Sequence record: KC295538
From: Escherichia phage PBECO4
Reading direction: 5' to 3' (one strand)
DNA: 64,000 nucleotides
Position 1 is the stretch's first letter. Each line of letters opens with the position of its first letter. This document shows positions 10,101 through 19,646 of the stretch, piece by piece. The notes beneath the pieces were generated by a model. The model worked only from the letters and a program-made list of their open reading frames with translations. It did not search any database and had not been told where the DNA came from. Both the position numbers and the translations under genes were made by a program.

Positions 10101-10743
10101 GAATATTGTACAAAGTGTATGCAGTTATTTTAGAACTCTTTTTAAATTCATCATAGAGAAAATTCAAAATTCTGGAGCATTCAATATACTTTTCAATATC
10201 TTTATGGATTAATGAGTACTGAAACATTAAATCAGATGATATATTGTAGGTACTACCTTTTAAACTGTTTAAAATATCACAGATTTCAGGGTTTACGGGT
10301 ACTTCGTCAAAATTATCATCTAAAACATTTATTTCAAAATCAAAGCCATCTTTGTTTTTGATTAATTTGATAATAGAATCACCATAAACATTATATTGTT
10401 TTAATGGATTTACTACAATGTTAAAAAGATTGGATGTATTACAATCAATATCCATAAAGTATGTATTATCATTGTACTTAATATTGAAACATCCGTACTC
10501 AATAAAATCACCCGGAGTTATTGATGAGTTTCTTCTCGTTTCAACATAAGAAGCTTTAATGTTGTTTTTATGTAAAAGAGTAATAAATTTCTTAGACTGT
10601 TTAGCACCAGCTAAGTAAGTATTATAACTTGGTCTTTTAAAGATTATAGGACTAGACTTCTCTCCAGAGAAATATTTTTTTATAAATTTACGTTGTTTAA
10701 CAAAATAATTTTTATAAAACAAACCTAATTTTGATTTCATCAT
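10081..10743 (-). CDS. hypothetical protein (220 aa)
   Basis: Track ORF; SD AAGGAG 6 nt upstream of ATG 10743. Confidence 0.7.
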   Translation of the reverse strand: MMKSKLGLFYKNYFVKQRKFIKKYFSGEKSSPIIFKRPSYNTYLAGAKQSKKFITLLHKNNIKASYVETRRNSSITPGDFIEYGCFNIKYNDNTYFMDIDCNTSNLFNIVVNPLKQYNVYGDSIIKLIKNKDGFDFEINVLDDNFDEVPVNPEICDILNSLKGSTYNISSDLMFQYSLIHKDIEKYIECSRILNFLYDEFKKSSKITAYTLYNIPKMVNL

Positions 10744-10757
10744 AACTCCTTATACAT

Positions 10758-10777
10758 CCAGTACTTAATAGTACTGG
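10758..10777. terminator. hairpin CCAGTACTTAATAGTACTGG with T-run on plus side (possible terminator)
   Basis: Perfect 8-bp stem, followed by TTTTTT on plus strand. Confidence 0.5.
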
Positions 10778-10785
10778 ATTTTTTA

Positions 10786-11157
10786 TTATGACATACGCTT
10801 ATTATGAATGGAATTATGAATGGATTTTAAATAATTATATAATTTTATCAATCCACTACCAGTAGCTACAAACAGTAGTGCTGTTGGTATCATACATCCA
10901 AACATGGTTATTAATTCATGTATTTCCATACCATCACTATTTGGTCCCACATCAAATATAACAACCAAAACAACACCTAAAATGCTTAGACAATAATATC
11001 CCATAAAGACCATAAAAGTGATATATCCGGCACTTGATTTAATATTACATAACATATTATACACTGGATTAATACAGAAGAAGTATAATAACCATACCAG
11101 TGTTCCAGTACTGAACATAATAATTGAAATAATGGAAAATATCTCACGGTAACTCAT
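10786..11157 (-). CDS. small integral membrane protein (family M)
   Basis: 123-aa hydrophobic ORF in tandem with similar ORFs. Confidence 0.65.
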   Translation of the reverse strand: MSYREIFSIISIIMFSTGTLVWLLYFFCINPVYNMLCNIKSSAGYITFMVFMGYYCLSILGVVLVVIFDVGPNSDGMEIHELITMFGCMIPTALLFVATGSGLIKLYNYLKSIHNSIHNKRMS

Positions 11158-11158
11158 A

Positions 11159-11521
11159 TTATTTCCTCATACCCAAACGTTGGTGGATTTCAGAGATCTT
11201 TATATACAATAGTACCACAAGGTGCAGTACTAAACAACATATAATTACGGCTAATACCAATGAACATATCATAAGACCAAAGGTTATTGTATTCAAAGAG
11301 GATGTGAACAGTCCAATTATTAATACAATAAAACCAAAATTGAATACTGTACCCAACACAGTATATGCTGGACTATATCTCTTTTGGATTACATCATATA
11401 TATTTGATAATGGTCGCTTATGGAAGTACTTCCCAATGCACACGAATGCATTCAGTGAGAAGATAAATGTATACGCCATTACTAGTAATTGACCAACGAA
11501 AGATAATTCTATCCCGTTCAT
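11159..11521 (-). CDS. small integral membrane protein (family M); start set at ATG 11521 with GAGG upstream
   Basis: Track ORF 11159..11584 overlaps upstream gene; internal ATG at 11521 has an SD. Confidence 0.6.
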   Translation of the reverse strand: MNGIELSFVGQLLVMAYTFIFSLNAFVCIGKYFHKRPLSNIYDVIQKRYSPAYTVLGTVFNFGFIVLIIGLFTSSLNTITFGLMICSLVLAVIICCLVLHLVVLLYIKISEIHQRLGMRK

Positions 11522-11522
11522 A

Positions 11523-11891
11523 CTAACCTCGTTTACGTTTTTTAATTGTACTGTGCATCTTTTCGAAATAGGGAACCAAAACATATTGAACAGTTTGCCA
11601 GATAACCATTAGATTATGCACTGCACCACCAAGGATACCAAACACTAGAACAATAATTGCCATAATAGGATCACCGTCTACCATACCCCATTTAAAGATA
11701 TGTAAAATCCAAGCAATGACTAGACAAAATAAACTAAGCCAATACGTAATGAAAAATCCGGCTTGTAATTCATAATCATCAGCAATTTCATCGTATACCG
11801 TTTCTAAAAATGATACACAAAAGAATTTACCAATTATAACCACAGTACTAATAAACAGCATAGCAGTTAAGATAATAAGAGCAATTTCCAT
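11523..11891 (-). CDS. small integral membrane protein (family M)
   Basis: 122-aa ORF, several hydrophobic segments. Confidence 0.65.
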   Translation of the reverse strand: MEIALIILTAMLFISTVVIIGKFFCVSFLETVYDEIADDYELQAGFFITYWLSLFCLVIAWILHIFKWGMVDGDPIMAIIVLVFGILGGAVHNLMVIWQTVQYVLVPYFEKMHSTIKKRKRG

Positions 11892-12205
11892 TACATCCCT
11901 CGTTTACGCTTTTGATTGCGTCTAAATTCTGTTAGTCTACGGCTAATCGGCGGCATCAGACTACATAAAAAAGTAACAGTTGTTGGTAGTAACATCAAGT
12001 CAATCATTGCAGTGTTATTTGGTGGATCAAACACCAAAAAATACACACAAGAAACACTAATAATGGTTGAACCGATAAAAGGAATACAAAATTCTTTTAT
12101 CTGTTTTTCAACATAATCAAACATCTTGAGTACAAATAAAAATCCAACCCAACACATAATGAAATAGAATGAATACAACGTGTAAATCAATGTTACTATA
12201 TCCAT
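11891..12205 (-). CDS. small integral membrane protein (family M)
   Basis: 104-aa hydrophobic ORF ending in a basic tail. Confidence 0.65.
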   Translation of the reverse strand: MDIVTLIYTLYSFYFIMCWVGFLFVLKMFDYVEKQIKEFCIPFIGSTIISVSCVYFLVFDPPNNTAMIDLMLLPTTVTFLCSLMPPISRRLTEFRRNQKRKRGM

Positions 12206-12543
12206 TAGTACCTCGCATCAGGAACTTTAGCACGTAACTTATGAACGACTGGGAACAACAACAAACTTACATATGCAATAGTTGAACCCCAATAGAATAC
12301 TAATACAATTGGTTCACCATTAGAACGGAAACCTCTACTAATCATTGAGTAGTGAATAATAGGCATAATCATCGCCATACCAAACCATGCGTGTAATTTT
12401 AATTGCAGCATGTTATCAGCGATGAATACTGAAATTGGTCGTTTAAAGAACCACATCAGAAAGTAGAATCCAGCACTAATAATATAGTACATGGTACTAA
12501 CTTTCATATACCACGGCAGTAAATCAATAAAGTACTCCATCAT
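12205..12543 (-). CDS. small integral membrane protein (family M)
   Basis: 112-aa hydrophobic ORF. Confidence 0.65.
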   Translation of the reverse strand: MMEYFIDLLPWYMKVSTMYYIISAGFYFLMWFFKRPISVFIADNMLQLKLHAWFGMAMIMPIIHYSMISRGFRSNGEPIVLVFYWGSTIAYVSLLLFPVVHKLRAKVPDARY

Positions 12544-12887
12544 TCCTCCGGTATCTTGTTTCGAAGTTCAATCATAACACAACATAGTTTAATGAACAAG
12601 TAAAAAACTACACATATCATACCCAATGTACCGTAAACTGCGGAAAATGCGGGTAGTACCTTTCCTGTGAGTGTTGCCACAATACATGCCATCAATGTTG
12701 ATGCAAACATCGATTGATTAATGACAGAATTCATAAAATCTTCACCTTTACGTTTATAGAATTGTCTTTTAAAATACCATCCTAGAAACATAACTACCCA
12801 AAATGTTACATAAGTTGTTAAAATAATCCCTGCAAGTGAATGTGCAACTGGACTACTCCTTAAAAACTCAAGATAAGCTTCAAACAT
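12540..12887 (-). CDS. small integral membrane protein (family M)
   Basis: 115-aa ORF, C-terminal ...ELRNKIPEE tail shared with paralogues. Confidence 0.65.
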   Translation of the reverse strand: MFEAYLEFLRSSPVAHSLAGIILTTYVTFWVVMFLGWYFKRQFYKRKGEDFMNSVINQSMFASTLMACIVATLTGKVLPAFSAVYGTLGMICVVFYLFIKLCCVMIELRNKIPEE

Positions 12888-13225
12888 TAGAAGTCTCCGC
12901 GAATTTTATCTCTACCATGAATAATGAGATGGATTAAGTATACACCTAACCAAATGAACAACCCCAAGAATACAATATATTGTGAGATTGAGTTCAAGTG
13001 AGGATTAGCACAATAAATTAAGTGTGCCATAAGACCAACAATTGCAAACAAACCTTGAACAAGTGTGTAAAGAATTAGTGATGAATTCCTTACTGGATAC
13101 AGTTTAAAAACAATTTTCTTTTTAAAATACCATAGTACTACAACTAGTGCATGATAAAAGAAAAAACCAAAAAGATAAATCAAAGTAATACTAATCATTG
13201 TATCTGATTTAAAAAATTCTAACAT
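12887..13225 (-). CDS. small integral membrane protein (family M)
   Basis: 112-aa hydrophobic ORF. Confidence 0.65.
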   Translation of the reverse strand: MLEFFKSDTMISITLIYLFGFFFYHALVVVLWYFKKKIVFKLYPVRNSSLILYTLVQGLFAIVGLMAHLIYCANPHLNSISQYIVFLGLFIWLGVYLIHLIIHGRDKIRGDF

Positions 13226-13254
13226 TGGAAATCCTCTGATATTAAACTTCTGTT

Positions 13255-13283
13255 ATAGTACTACACGTTGTTAGTACTGTCAA
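13255..13283 (-). promoter_or_regulatory. sigma-70-like promoter (TTGACA-17-TACTAT)
   Basis: Minus-strand TTGACA at 13283-13278, -10-like box at 13260-13255. Confidence 0.45.
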
Positions 13284-13290
13284 TATTGAA

Positions 13291-14061
13291 TTAAATTTTT
13301 TCAAGGAACAAGTTTTCGCACTGTTCTTCCCAATCGTATGGGTTGTTGTTATATACTGCCGAAATCAACAGTGGCATACGCAGTGAAGGTGAACGAAGAG
13401 AATCTTCGTGCTTCAACATCCAGTTCAGAATTGCTTTACTACCATTACGGTTAATACCCTTAGATTCTAAAATGTTAGTCTTATTCATCACGTTCTCAAT
13501 GTGAATCATGATATCGCTTTTGGTCTGAATCTGTAAGTCAACGTATACAGAACGAGACATAAGAGCAGCATAGTGAGCAGACATTTTCGTTTTAGCTTTA
13601 GAATCTAATGCTAAATCTTTGTTAGTAATGAATACAATACGACCGTTGAAATCAAAGCTGTTAGGGATACCGTTGGTGCTCAGGTACTTAGAGCTAGTCA
13701 TATAAGACACGGTACGCTTACCACTATCTAGTACTGCTTTGAGCAGGTTCATACCGTCTTCTGAATCAAAGATGCTGTCCATATCATCCAGTACTAATAC
13801 GTTGGTGCTATGACGATTCTTGTACAGAACTTCGTACAGAGCCAGAGTAGTCATTTTACCACTGATGGTAGCTACGTTCCATTCTGCTGCGTCATGAGCT
13901 TTCTGGAGGCGTTTAGACAGGGTGTAAGTCTTACCAACACCAGGAGCACCACTGACAACCATACTTTTTACAGTACTGCTATCGTCGAGCAAACACTCAA
14001 GAGCAACCATCATGGAGTTGAAGTTTTTCTGAATTTGAATGCTACGTGCTTCTCTGGTCAT
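13291..14061 (-). CDS. P-loop NTPase (Walker A GAPGVGKT, Walker B VLVLDDMD), function unknown
   Basis: Motifs read directly in the 256-aa translation; GAGGA SD upstream. Confidence 0.75.
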   Translation of the reverse strand: MTREARSIQIQKNFNSMMVALECLLDDSSTVKSMVVSGAPGVGKTYTLSKRLQKAHDAAEWNVATISGKMTTLALYEVLYKNRHSTNVLVLDDMDSIFDSEDGMNLLKAVLDSGKRTVSYMTSSKYLSTNGIPNSFDFNGRIVFITNKDLALDSKAKTKMSAHYAALMSRSVYVDLQIQTKSDIMIHIENVMNKTNILESKGINRNGSKAILNWMLKHEDSLRSPSLRMPLLISAVYNNNPYDWEEQCENLFLEKI

Positions 14062-14089
14062 TTCGTTATCCTCATCAGTTGATGAAATA

Positions 14090-14122
14090 ATTATAGCAAA
14101 AAGGGCTGACCGAAGTCAACCC
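14090..14122 (-). promoter_or_regulatory. terminator-promoter cassette: hairpin GGGTTGAC-UUCG-GUCAGCCC embedded in TTGACT-18-TATAAT promoter
   Basis: Hairpin 14103-14122; -35 at 14119-14114; -10 at 14095-14090. Confidence 0.7.
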
Positions 14123-14236
14123 TTTTTATAAACATATTTAATACACACAATTACCCATATCAATATTTTTACCATTATAGGTAATAATATATTTTATCTT
14201 ATTAGGTTTAATAACAAAAACTTTTAATTTTTGTAT

Positions 14237-14464
14237 TCAATTTATCATTTGAAAAATAGTATACGAACCACTTCCATCTTTAAATACTTCTTGACTTTCA
14301 AACATAAACTTCTTTCCATCTATTTTTGCTGTTTGTGTTGTTACATCCAAATACAAATTGTAGATAGTGTCAGTTTTTGTGGATTTACATGTTGTTGATG
14401 CTTCAGTTTTTGCATTCACTGTTGTTGATAAACACATTAACAAAACTAACATTAACTTTTTCAT
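14237..14464 (-). CDS. small secreted protein (N-terminal signal peptide)
   Basis: MKKLMLVLLMCLSTTVNAKTEAS... Confidence 0.65.
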   Translation of the reverse strand: MKKLMLVLLMCLSTTVNAKTEASTTCKSTKTDTIYNLYLDVTTQTAKIDGKKFMFESQEVFKDGSGSYTIFQMIN

Positions 14465-14484
14465 TTTAATTAACCTCTTTTGTT

Positions 14485-15624
14485 TTACAAAATTACTTCA
14501 CCAAAAATACCATTGATATCACGTTCAATGATGTATTCACCTTCATGTTCAGCTAAGAACTTTTTAATGGCTTCGTTAACTTTAGGACGATGAATGTTGT
14601 TGAATGTTTCAGTGCAACCATCTCCCTTTTCATAATAACCTTTATTATATAGTTTACCACATAACGCAATTGTATGTATTATTATTTCCAATTCTCTAGC
14701 AAGTTTCCCACCCACATTCTTATGAAATAAAATGGAAATTTCATTACTCCAAAAATTATCTACTTTATATATTTTTTTATAAGATAAGTTTTGTGGACTT
14801 AATCTTGCTTTAATAGTTTTGTTTGTAATACCAGCTTTATCCGAATTTTTTGCATAATCATTGTGAATATAAAATCTTCCAGGCTTGGAAGTTTTAAATC
14901 CTTTTACTGCACACGTGGGACAACCAGAACCAGACAGATGTGAATTTGGTGTTTGTTGAAATTCACCATGTTCTTTGCATATTATAATAGAGGTTACTTG
15001 GTTGTTAATGTAGTCATATAAAGAATAATCATACTTATTTCCGTGTATAAGATGTGATTTTTTTATAAATTCACCTAAAGTTTGTTTTAAAGTTTGTTTC
15101 GTGCATTCTTGACAACCAATTTTACCAGTAGCTAAGTCAGTAATTGTGGGTTTTTTTATATCACCACAATCATTACATACTACTTCAATTTTAGTTCTAC
15201 TAGGAAGTGTAGAGTTAAACGAAGTTATTCCACTATAAGTAAATTTATCATAACCATATTTTTTGTTGATGACACTAATATGATTAATGGTGTAATATGG
15301 AATATTAATAATATTGTAAAAAATCTTCCCATTAAATCCCTGCCTAATAAAATTCGTGCAGGTGGCTCCAATAACTAACATACCATCGTTATTCACTACA
15401 AGTTTGGTTTTTGATTTAGATATATAATCTTGTGATCTATTGATATAGAATCCAAGAACTCTTGGATCATTTATTTCACCCATAATACTAATAGGATCTT
15501 GAGCAATGTTGGATTTTTTTACAAAATTTATATCTTCGGCTTTCATCCACTCAAAAAGCATTCCATGCTCTTCATAAAAATAAACTTTTTCACCATCTTC
15601 ATTAAAATAGTACTGTTCAAACAT
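14485..15624 (-). CDS. Cys/His-rich protein, possibly a zinc-binding nuclease (379 aa)
   Basis: CNDCG..GCQEC and ICKEHGEF...HLSGSGCPTC clusters; AAAGGAG SD. Confidence 0.5.
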   Translation of the reverse strand: MFEQYYFNEDGEKVYFYEEHGMLFEWMKAEDINFVKKSNIAQDPISIMGEINDPRVLGFYINRSQDYISKSKTKLVVNNDGMLVIGATCTNFIRQGFNGKIFYNIINIPYYTINHISVINKKYGYDKFTYSGITSFNSTLPSRTKIEVVCNDCGDIKKPTITDLATGKIGCQECTKQTLKQTLGEFIKKSHLIHGNKYDYSLYDYINNQVTSIIICKEHGEFQQTPNSHLSGSGCPTCAVKGFKTSKPGRFYIHNDYAKNSDKAGITNKTIKARLSPQNLSYKKIYKVDNFWSNEISILFHKNVGGKLARELEIIIHTIALCGKLYNKGYYEKGDGCTETFNNIHRPKVNEAIKKFLAEHEGEYIIERDINGIFGEVIL

Positions 15625-15853
15625 TACTTAAAACTCCTTTCCAGTACTGAACCCGTCCAGCACCATTAATCTTAGCTTGAATCTTATCTTTTTCGACAAG
15701 ACCTTCTTTGAAATCTATGGACGTATTATCGCACTTAATTACATCTAAGTCAAGTACTTCTTGTGTACTTAATGAAGTATTATCTGCAATTTGTTGTAAA
15801 GTAATTACATCAGTACCGAAGAATTCAGCTAATCGTATAAAAGATAGTTTCAT
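15617..15853 (-). CDS. hypothetical protein (78 aa)
   Basis: Track ORF with AGAGG SD; downstream of cassette promoter. Confidence 0.6.
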   Translation of the reverse strand: MKLSFIRLAEFFGTDVITLQQIADNTSLSTQEVLDLDVIKCDNTSIDFKEGLVEKDKIQAKINGAGRVQYWKGVLSNV

Positions 15854-15879
15854 TTGTTACCTCTTGTGTTGATGAAATA

Positions 15880-15912
15880 ATTATAGCAAAAAGGGCTGAC
15901 CGAAGTCAACCC
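15880..15912 (-). promoter_or_regulatory. terminator-promoter cassette (copy 2)
   Basis: gatgaaataattatagcaaaaagggctgaccgaagtcaaccc; -10 at 15885-15880, -35 at 15909-15904. Confidence 0.7.
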
Positions 15913-15918
15913 TTTATG

Positions 15919-16278
15919 TTATTCTAATTCACTCATAGTACTAATAGTTAATCCCATTTCTTCTGCAATGTTGCATAACAGACCAACTGCATTGCGAAGA
16001 ATATCAGTGTTATCCACCGAGAATGATGAGTTTTCATTTACCGTTGAAGACTCAATGTAGTACTCAAAATAACGAGAAGTTGAACGCACAACTTTAACAC
16101 CTTCATACTTCTGTAGTTCAGAGTTGATACGCTCGATGAGCGAATCTTCCAGTACTCGATAGTCACCATTCATTCCACGTTTCCATCCATCAGCAGGACG
16201 GAAATAAAAAGTTTTTGTACGTTGAATTGTTGAGATTGTTAGTGGGTTGTATTCCGCGATTTCACTTAAAGATGCCAT
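15919..16278 (-). CDS. hypothetical protein (119 aa)
   Basis: Track ORF, SD TGAGGA. Confidence 0.65.
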   Translation of the reverse strand: MASLSEIAEYNPLTISTIQRTKTFYFRPADGWKRGMNGDYRVLEDSLIERINSELQKYEGVKVVRSTSRYFEYYIESSTVNENSSFSVDNTDILRNAVGLLCNIAEEMGLTISTMSELE

Positions 16279-16340
16279 ATTGTATTCCTCATTTTCTTTG
16301 TTACATGATACTGAAAGATAAAACTGGTGTCAATGTTTTT

Positions 16341-16775
16341 TTAGATCATAGAACGATAATACTCAGGTAACTCAACATCAGTAAATTTATACCACTTAGG
16401 CTTCATCTGGAGCTTCTCAATCAAACGCTCACGAGAGGTTTTAATTTCTGATTCAGATGGTACGTAATCATTACAAAACTCAGCAGGGAAGCTGCTAATG
16501 TCGTTTACTTCAGTGTTTTGAATCTTCATACCACGACGCAAACATTCGTTGACAATATCGATATGACGCTTCTGTAAGTACAGCAACTTGTCGTAAAAGA
16601 ATGTCACATGACCTGAACCCAACAGATAAGTACTGTTAATTTTGAAATCACGTACACGCTTACGTGCTTGAACGTGTTTTTGTACAGCACCAAATACACG
16701 TGGGAGTTCACGATATTCAGCCATCAGGTGTTGGTCAGCAAGTTCTTTAACGTGTACTAAGTTAATGCGTGTCAT
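16341..16775 (-). CDS. denV: pyrimidine-dimer DNA glycosylase, T4 endonuclease V homologue
   Basis: [49 protein letters not shown] matches T4 DenV as I recall it, over the full 144 aa. Confidence 0.85.
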   Translation of the reverse strand: MTRINLVHVKELADQHLMAEYRELPRVFGAVQKHVQARKRVRDFKINSTYLLGSGHVTFFYDKLLYLQKRHIDIVNECLRRGMKIQNTEVNDISSFPAEFCNDYVPSESEIKTSRERLIEKLQMKPKWYKFTDVELPEYYRSMI

Positions 16776-16803
16776 GTATTCATCCTCTCGTTTCGATGAA
16801 ATG

Positions 16804-16836
16804 ATTATAGCAAAAAGGGCTGACCGAAGTCAACCC
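16804..16836 (-). promoter_or_regulatory. terminator-promoter cassette (copy 3), upstream of denV
   Basis: -10 at 16809-16804, hairpin 16817-16836, -35 at 16833-16828. Confidence 0.7.
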
Positions 16837-16842
16837 TTTTCT

Positions 16843-17130
16843 TTATTCAATGATCCCCAACTTCACAATCTCATACCCGTCCAGATAGCCATATGAACAC
16901 TCAGGAGTTTCATAGGATGAACCATCATGGATACCCTGGCATTGACTTTTAGAATTCTCAAGAAGTCGTTGCAGTACTGATACGTCCTCAAGAACGTAAC
17001 ACAAGGATACATCTGGGTCTTCCACGATACAGTACTCCAACATATCAAACGTATCAATCGAAATTTCAACCTTGGCAAATCGTTTCTTTTCTTTATTATA
17101 CAGTGCGTACATATTAATCTCCATAATCAA
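16843..17130 (-). CDS. hypothetical protein (95 aa)
   Basis: Track ORF. Confidence 0.55.
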   Translation of the reverse strand: MIMEINMYALYNKEKKRFAKVEISIDTFDMLEYCIVEDPDVSLCYVLEDVSVLQRLLENSKSQCQGIHDGSSYETPECSYGYLDGYEIVKLGIIE

Positions 17131-17485
17131 GTTTAACTAACTTACCACCCAGATACCCAAAGTTTTCTGGCTTCACATCTGAATAGAAGAAGTCAGTACT
17201 TAACTCTGAATTTAATGCTAAAGCACACAACTCCACCCAAAATAAACCCCTATGTTGCACTGGCTTACAACGTTTCTGTACTGTTATTAAACCAGTGCAT
17301 GATGACCACAAAGTAGGGCAGATACCACTATCACTACGATTGGAGTACTGCATCCATGAACGTTCATTGAGGTTAGCTATCATTCCAGTTAGGAATAACT
17401 TCCAGCTTTTGAAGGTTGGAATCTTAATAGCGTATTCCCCAATGAGGATAACAGTTCGGGTTGCACCTTTCAAGTCTATGTTCAT
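17114..17485 (-). CDS. small protein with protein-kinase-like motifs (YAIK, DVKPEN, DYG)
   Basis: GEYAIKIP ... SDVKPENFGYLGGKLVKLDYGD has the catalytic-loop-to-DFG spacing. Confidence 0.5.
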   Translation of the reverse strand: MNIDLKGATRTVILIGEYAIKIPTFKSWKLFLTGMIANLNERSWMQYSNRSDSGICPTLWSSCTGLITVQKRCKPVQHRGLFWVELCALALNSELSTDFFYSDVKPENFGYLGGKLVKLDYGD

Positions 17486-17674
17486 ATTAATAAGAATCAG
17501 ATTCCCAGTACTCGATTGCTTCTTTCAGCAATTCTTTAGCACGTTGTTTTGCAATGCGAGCGGGAAACTGATATGTGTACATTAACTGACGCTTCACTTC
17601 ATTCAGTGAAAGCTGTTCATGGTACAGTGCATCCATCAGTCGATTACGAGTACGTAGTTTCATATAAGTTATCC

Positions 17675-18229
17675 TTATTTCAAAGAATCATAGTAAGCAG
17701 TGTCAAAGATTGGAGTCATAATAACATAGTCAATACGGTCAATGTAAGTTGAACTCCACATTTCTGGTTTGTCATATAACTGACGCTCGCGTTCATTCAT
17801 ACGAGTCAGTACTTCTTCCAATTTACTACGTGAATCCATCAATGTATTACTCGAACCATAAGTGAAGTACTCAGTCCAATGATATTCATATTCAGTACTG
17901 ATAGATTGAATAGTACCATCTTTGAAATGAGCTAAGGCATAACCTTTCTCTACAAAGTTATCAGGTGGAAGAACACCATCTGGATTAGTTTTCAATGCTT
18001 GTGCTAACTTTTCTTTAATTTCAGTTAACGTGCATACTGAACGAATGTTCTTCAGGTTTGATACTTGAAAATCACTGTACTTTCCAAAGAAAAATACACG
18101 CCAATCTTTAGGTTCATTATCAGATACGGTAGCATCAGGGTGATGGGCGAGTAAACGAAGAAGGCCAGCTTTGTGACCGTTAATGTAGATTTCATGGATG
18201 TGGTTAGCAGTTTTCTTAAAAGTAATCAT
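17675..18229 (-). CDS. hypothetical protein (184 aa)
   Basis: Track ORF, GAGGA SD. Confidence 0.7.
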   Translation of the reverse strand: MITFKKTANHIHEIYINGHKAGLLRLLAHHPDATVSDNEPKDWRVFFFGKYSDFQVSNLKNIRSVCTLTEIKEKLAQALKTNPDGVLPPDNFVEKGYALAHFKDGTIQSISTEYEYHWTEYFTYGSSNTLMDSRSKLEEVLTRMNERERQLYDKPEMWSSTYIDRIDYVIMTPIFDTAYYDSLK

Positions 18230-18276
18230 GGTAGTTCCTCGATTGTAGGGATGAGAAGTTCATCCCCTTGATAAGC

Positions 18277-18304
18277 ATTATACAGTACTGAATGTGTTTG
18301 TCAA
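18277..18304 (-). promoter_or_regulatory. sigma-70-like promoter TTGACA-16-TATAAT with CAGTACTG abutting -10
   Basis: Minus strand TTGACAaacacattCAGTACTGTATAAT. Confidence 0.65.
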
Positions 18305-18305
18305 C

Positions 18306-18701
18306 TCAAAATAAATTCATTTCATGTGCGTATTGTGGTTCAAGATAAGATAAGTTTTTGAAACTGTCTTTCAATTCTGCATCATCTACGTACACAGTAC
18401 CAGGTACATTCCCCATAGTGAAGCCAACCCAAACAGTCATGTTTCCAGTTCCTAAGCGGGGCATTGATAGCGTCCCGTCAGGTGAAACATCAAACGCTAC
18501 ACTAAAGTCATCCGTTACAACTTCCGAACCATTTTCCAGAATAATACAACCACGTTCTTTAAGCTTCTGAATGTGGATAGCAGCCTCTACAGCACGTTTA
18601 AAGTTATAATAAGACTCTTTATCCTCGAACATTGATTGTTTAACCAGACGCTTGTTTAGCTCGGTTACTTTGTGCATTTGACGCATTACTTCAACTCCCA
18701 C
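18306..18701 (-). CDS. hypothetical protein (131 aa)
   Basis: Track ORF. Confidence 0.65.
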   Translation of the reverse strand: MGVEVMRQMHKVTELNKRLVKQSMFEDKESYYNFKRAVEAAIHIQKLKERGCIILENGSEVVTDDFSVAFDVSPDGTLSMPRLGTGNMTVWVGFTMGNVPGTVYVDDAELKDSFKNLSYLEPQYAHEMNLF

Positions 18702-18940
18702 AGTTGTAGAATTTCATAAGAGCCTGGTGGTGCTGGATTGATAATCTCAGGGTATTCAGTACTGTTAGGATTACCACCAGCATTGAACTCAGCAAGTAAT
18801 AATTCGAGTTCATTCCTATCATGTACAACAAACACGCAATATCCAGTTCCTTCTTCAAGAACTGTAGTTGACCCCGCACAATCCCATACGGTATCAATAC
18901 ATAATAATTCTTTAGTGTTTTTATTACGCAACGCAAACAT
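18686..18940 (-). CDS. hypothetical protein (84 aa)
   Basis: Preferred over overlapping 18691..18993 frame on composition. Confidence 0.5.
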   Translation of the reverse strand: MFALRNKNTKELLCIDTVWDCAGSTTVLEEGTGYCVFVVHDRNELELLLAEFNAGGNPNSTEYPEIINPAPPGSYEILQLWELK

Positions 18941-18949
18941 ATATGTCTC

Positions 18950-19318
18950 CTATCGATTCGGCATATTCTTTCGTAGTCGCAAGAGAAATTCAACCACTGA
19001 CCATGTTGTAATGAAGGCTATATAAGTTGCAAGGAATCCAGTAAGAATAAATGCAACCAGCGTACTACCATTTGGGGAATCAGTTTTAATGCCGATGACA
19101 CCATCGGCTACAGTGAAACATGTAGCCATTAATGTGTAACCTACGTACAACACAAAGAAAAACTCATTCTCCATTGAAGGATAGAAACGGTTAAACACTT
19201 TATAAAATTTAAAGTACAGTAGGATTATACCAACAAAGGCATAGAATGTAAACAGTGTTGTTATAATATATGAGATTAGGTTCAAATTATACATATCAAC
19301 GCTCCGGTAGATTATCAC
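18950..19318 (-). CDS. small integral membrane protein (family M)
   Basis: Hydrophobic 122-aa ORF ending ..RLRKNMPNR. Confidence 0.65.
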   Translation of the reverse strand: MIIYRSVDMYNLNLISYIITTLFTFYAFVGIILLYFKFYKVFNRFYPSMENEFFFVLYVGYTLMATCFTVADGVIGIKTDSPNGSTLVAFILTGFLATYIAFITTWSVVEFLLRLRKNMPNR

Positions 19319-19643
19319 GTAATGTTTTAATTCGATGATACATTTTCATACCAATATTACCAAAGATACCATATCCAAGTACTAAAATGTATGCAATAAG
19401 CATAGTAATAATTACTATAGTGCCAAAACTATAATGTACACTACTGATACCCATTGTAGTTTCAACGATTATTTGAGAAACTGAAAGAATCAAAAGTACA
19501 ACTACAATTGGATGATTTGGGTACATTCGGTTGAACAACGTTTTGTACTTAAAGAAGCACAGTACTCCACCGAATAAGAAGTAAACAATGTAAATGCAAG
19601 CAACAGCATAGGCAAACATGTTAGTGTAATAAATCATTACCAA
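19296..19643 (-). CDS. small integral membrane protein (family M)
   Basis: Hydrophobic 115-aa ORF ending ..LRDNLPER. Confidence 0.65.
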   Translation of the reverse strand: MVMIYYTNMFAYAVACIYIVYFLFGGVLCFFKYKTLFNRMYPNHPIVVVLLILSVSQIIVETTMGISSVHYSFGTIVIITMLIAYILVLGYGIFGNIGMKMYHRIKTLRDNLPER

Positions 19644-19646
19644 TCC

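Noticed and set aside
18691-18993. 100-aa ORF overlapping 18686..18940 in another frame
   Set aside because: Cys/Leu-rich low-complexity translation; the alternative frame gives a more protein-like product. Only one of the two is likely real.
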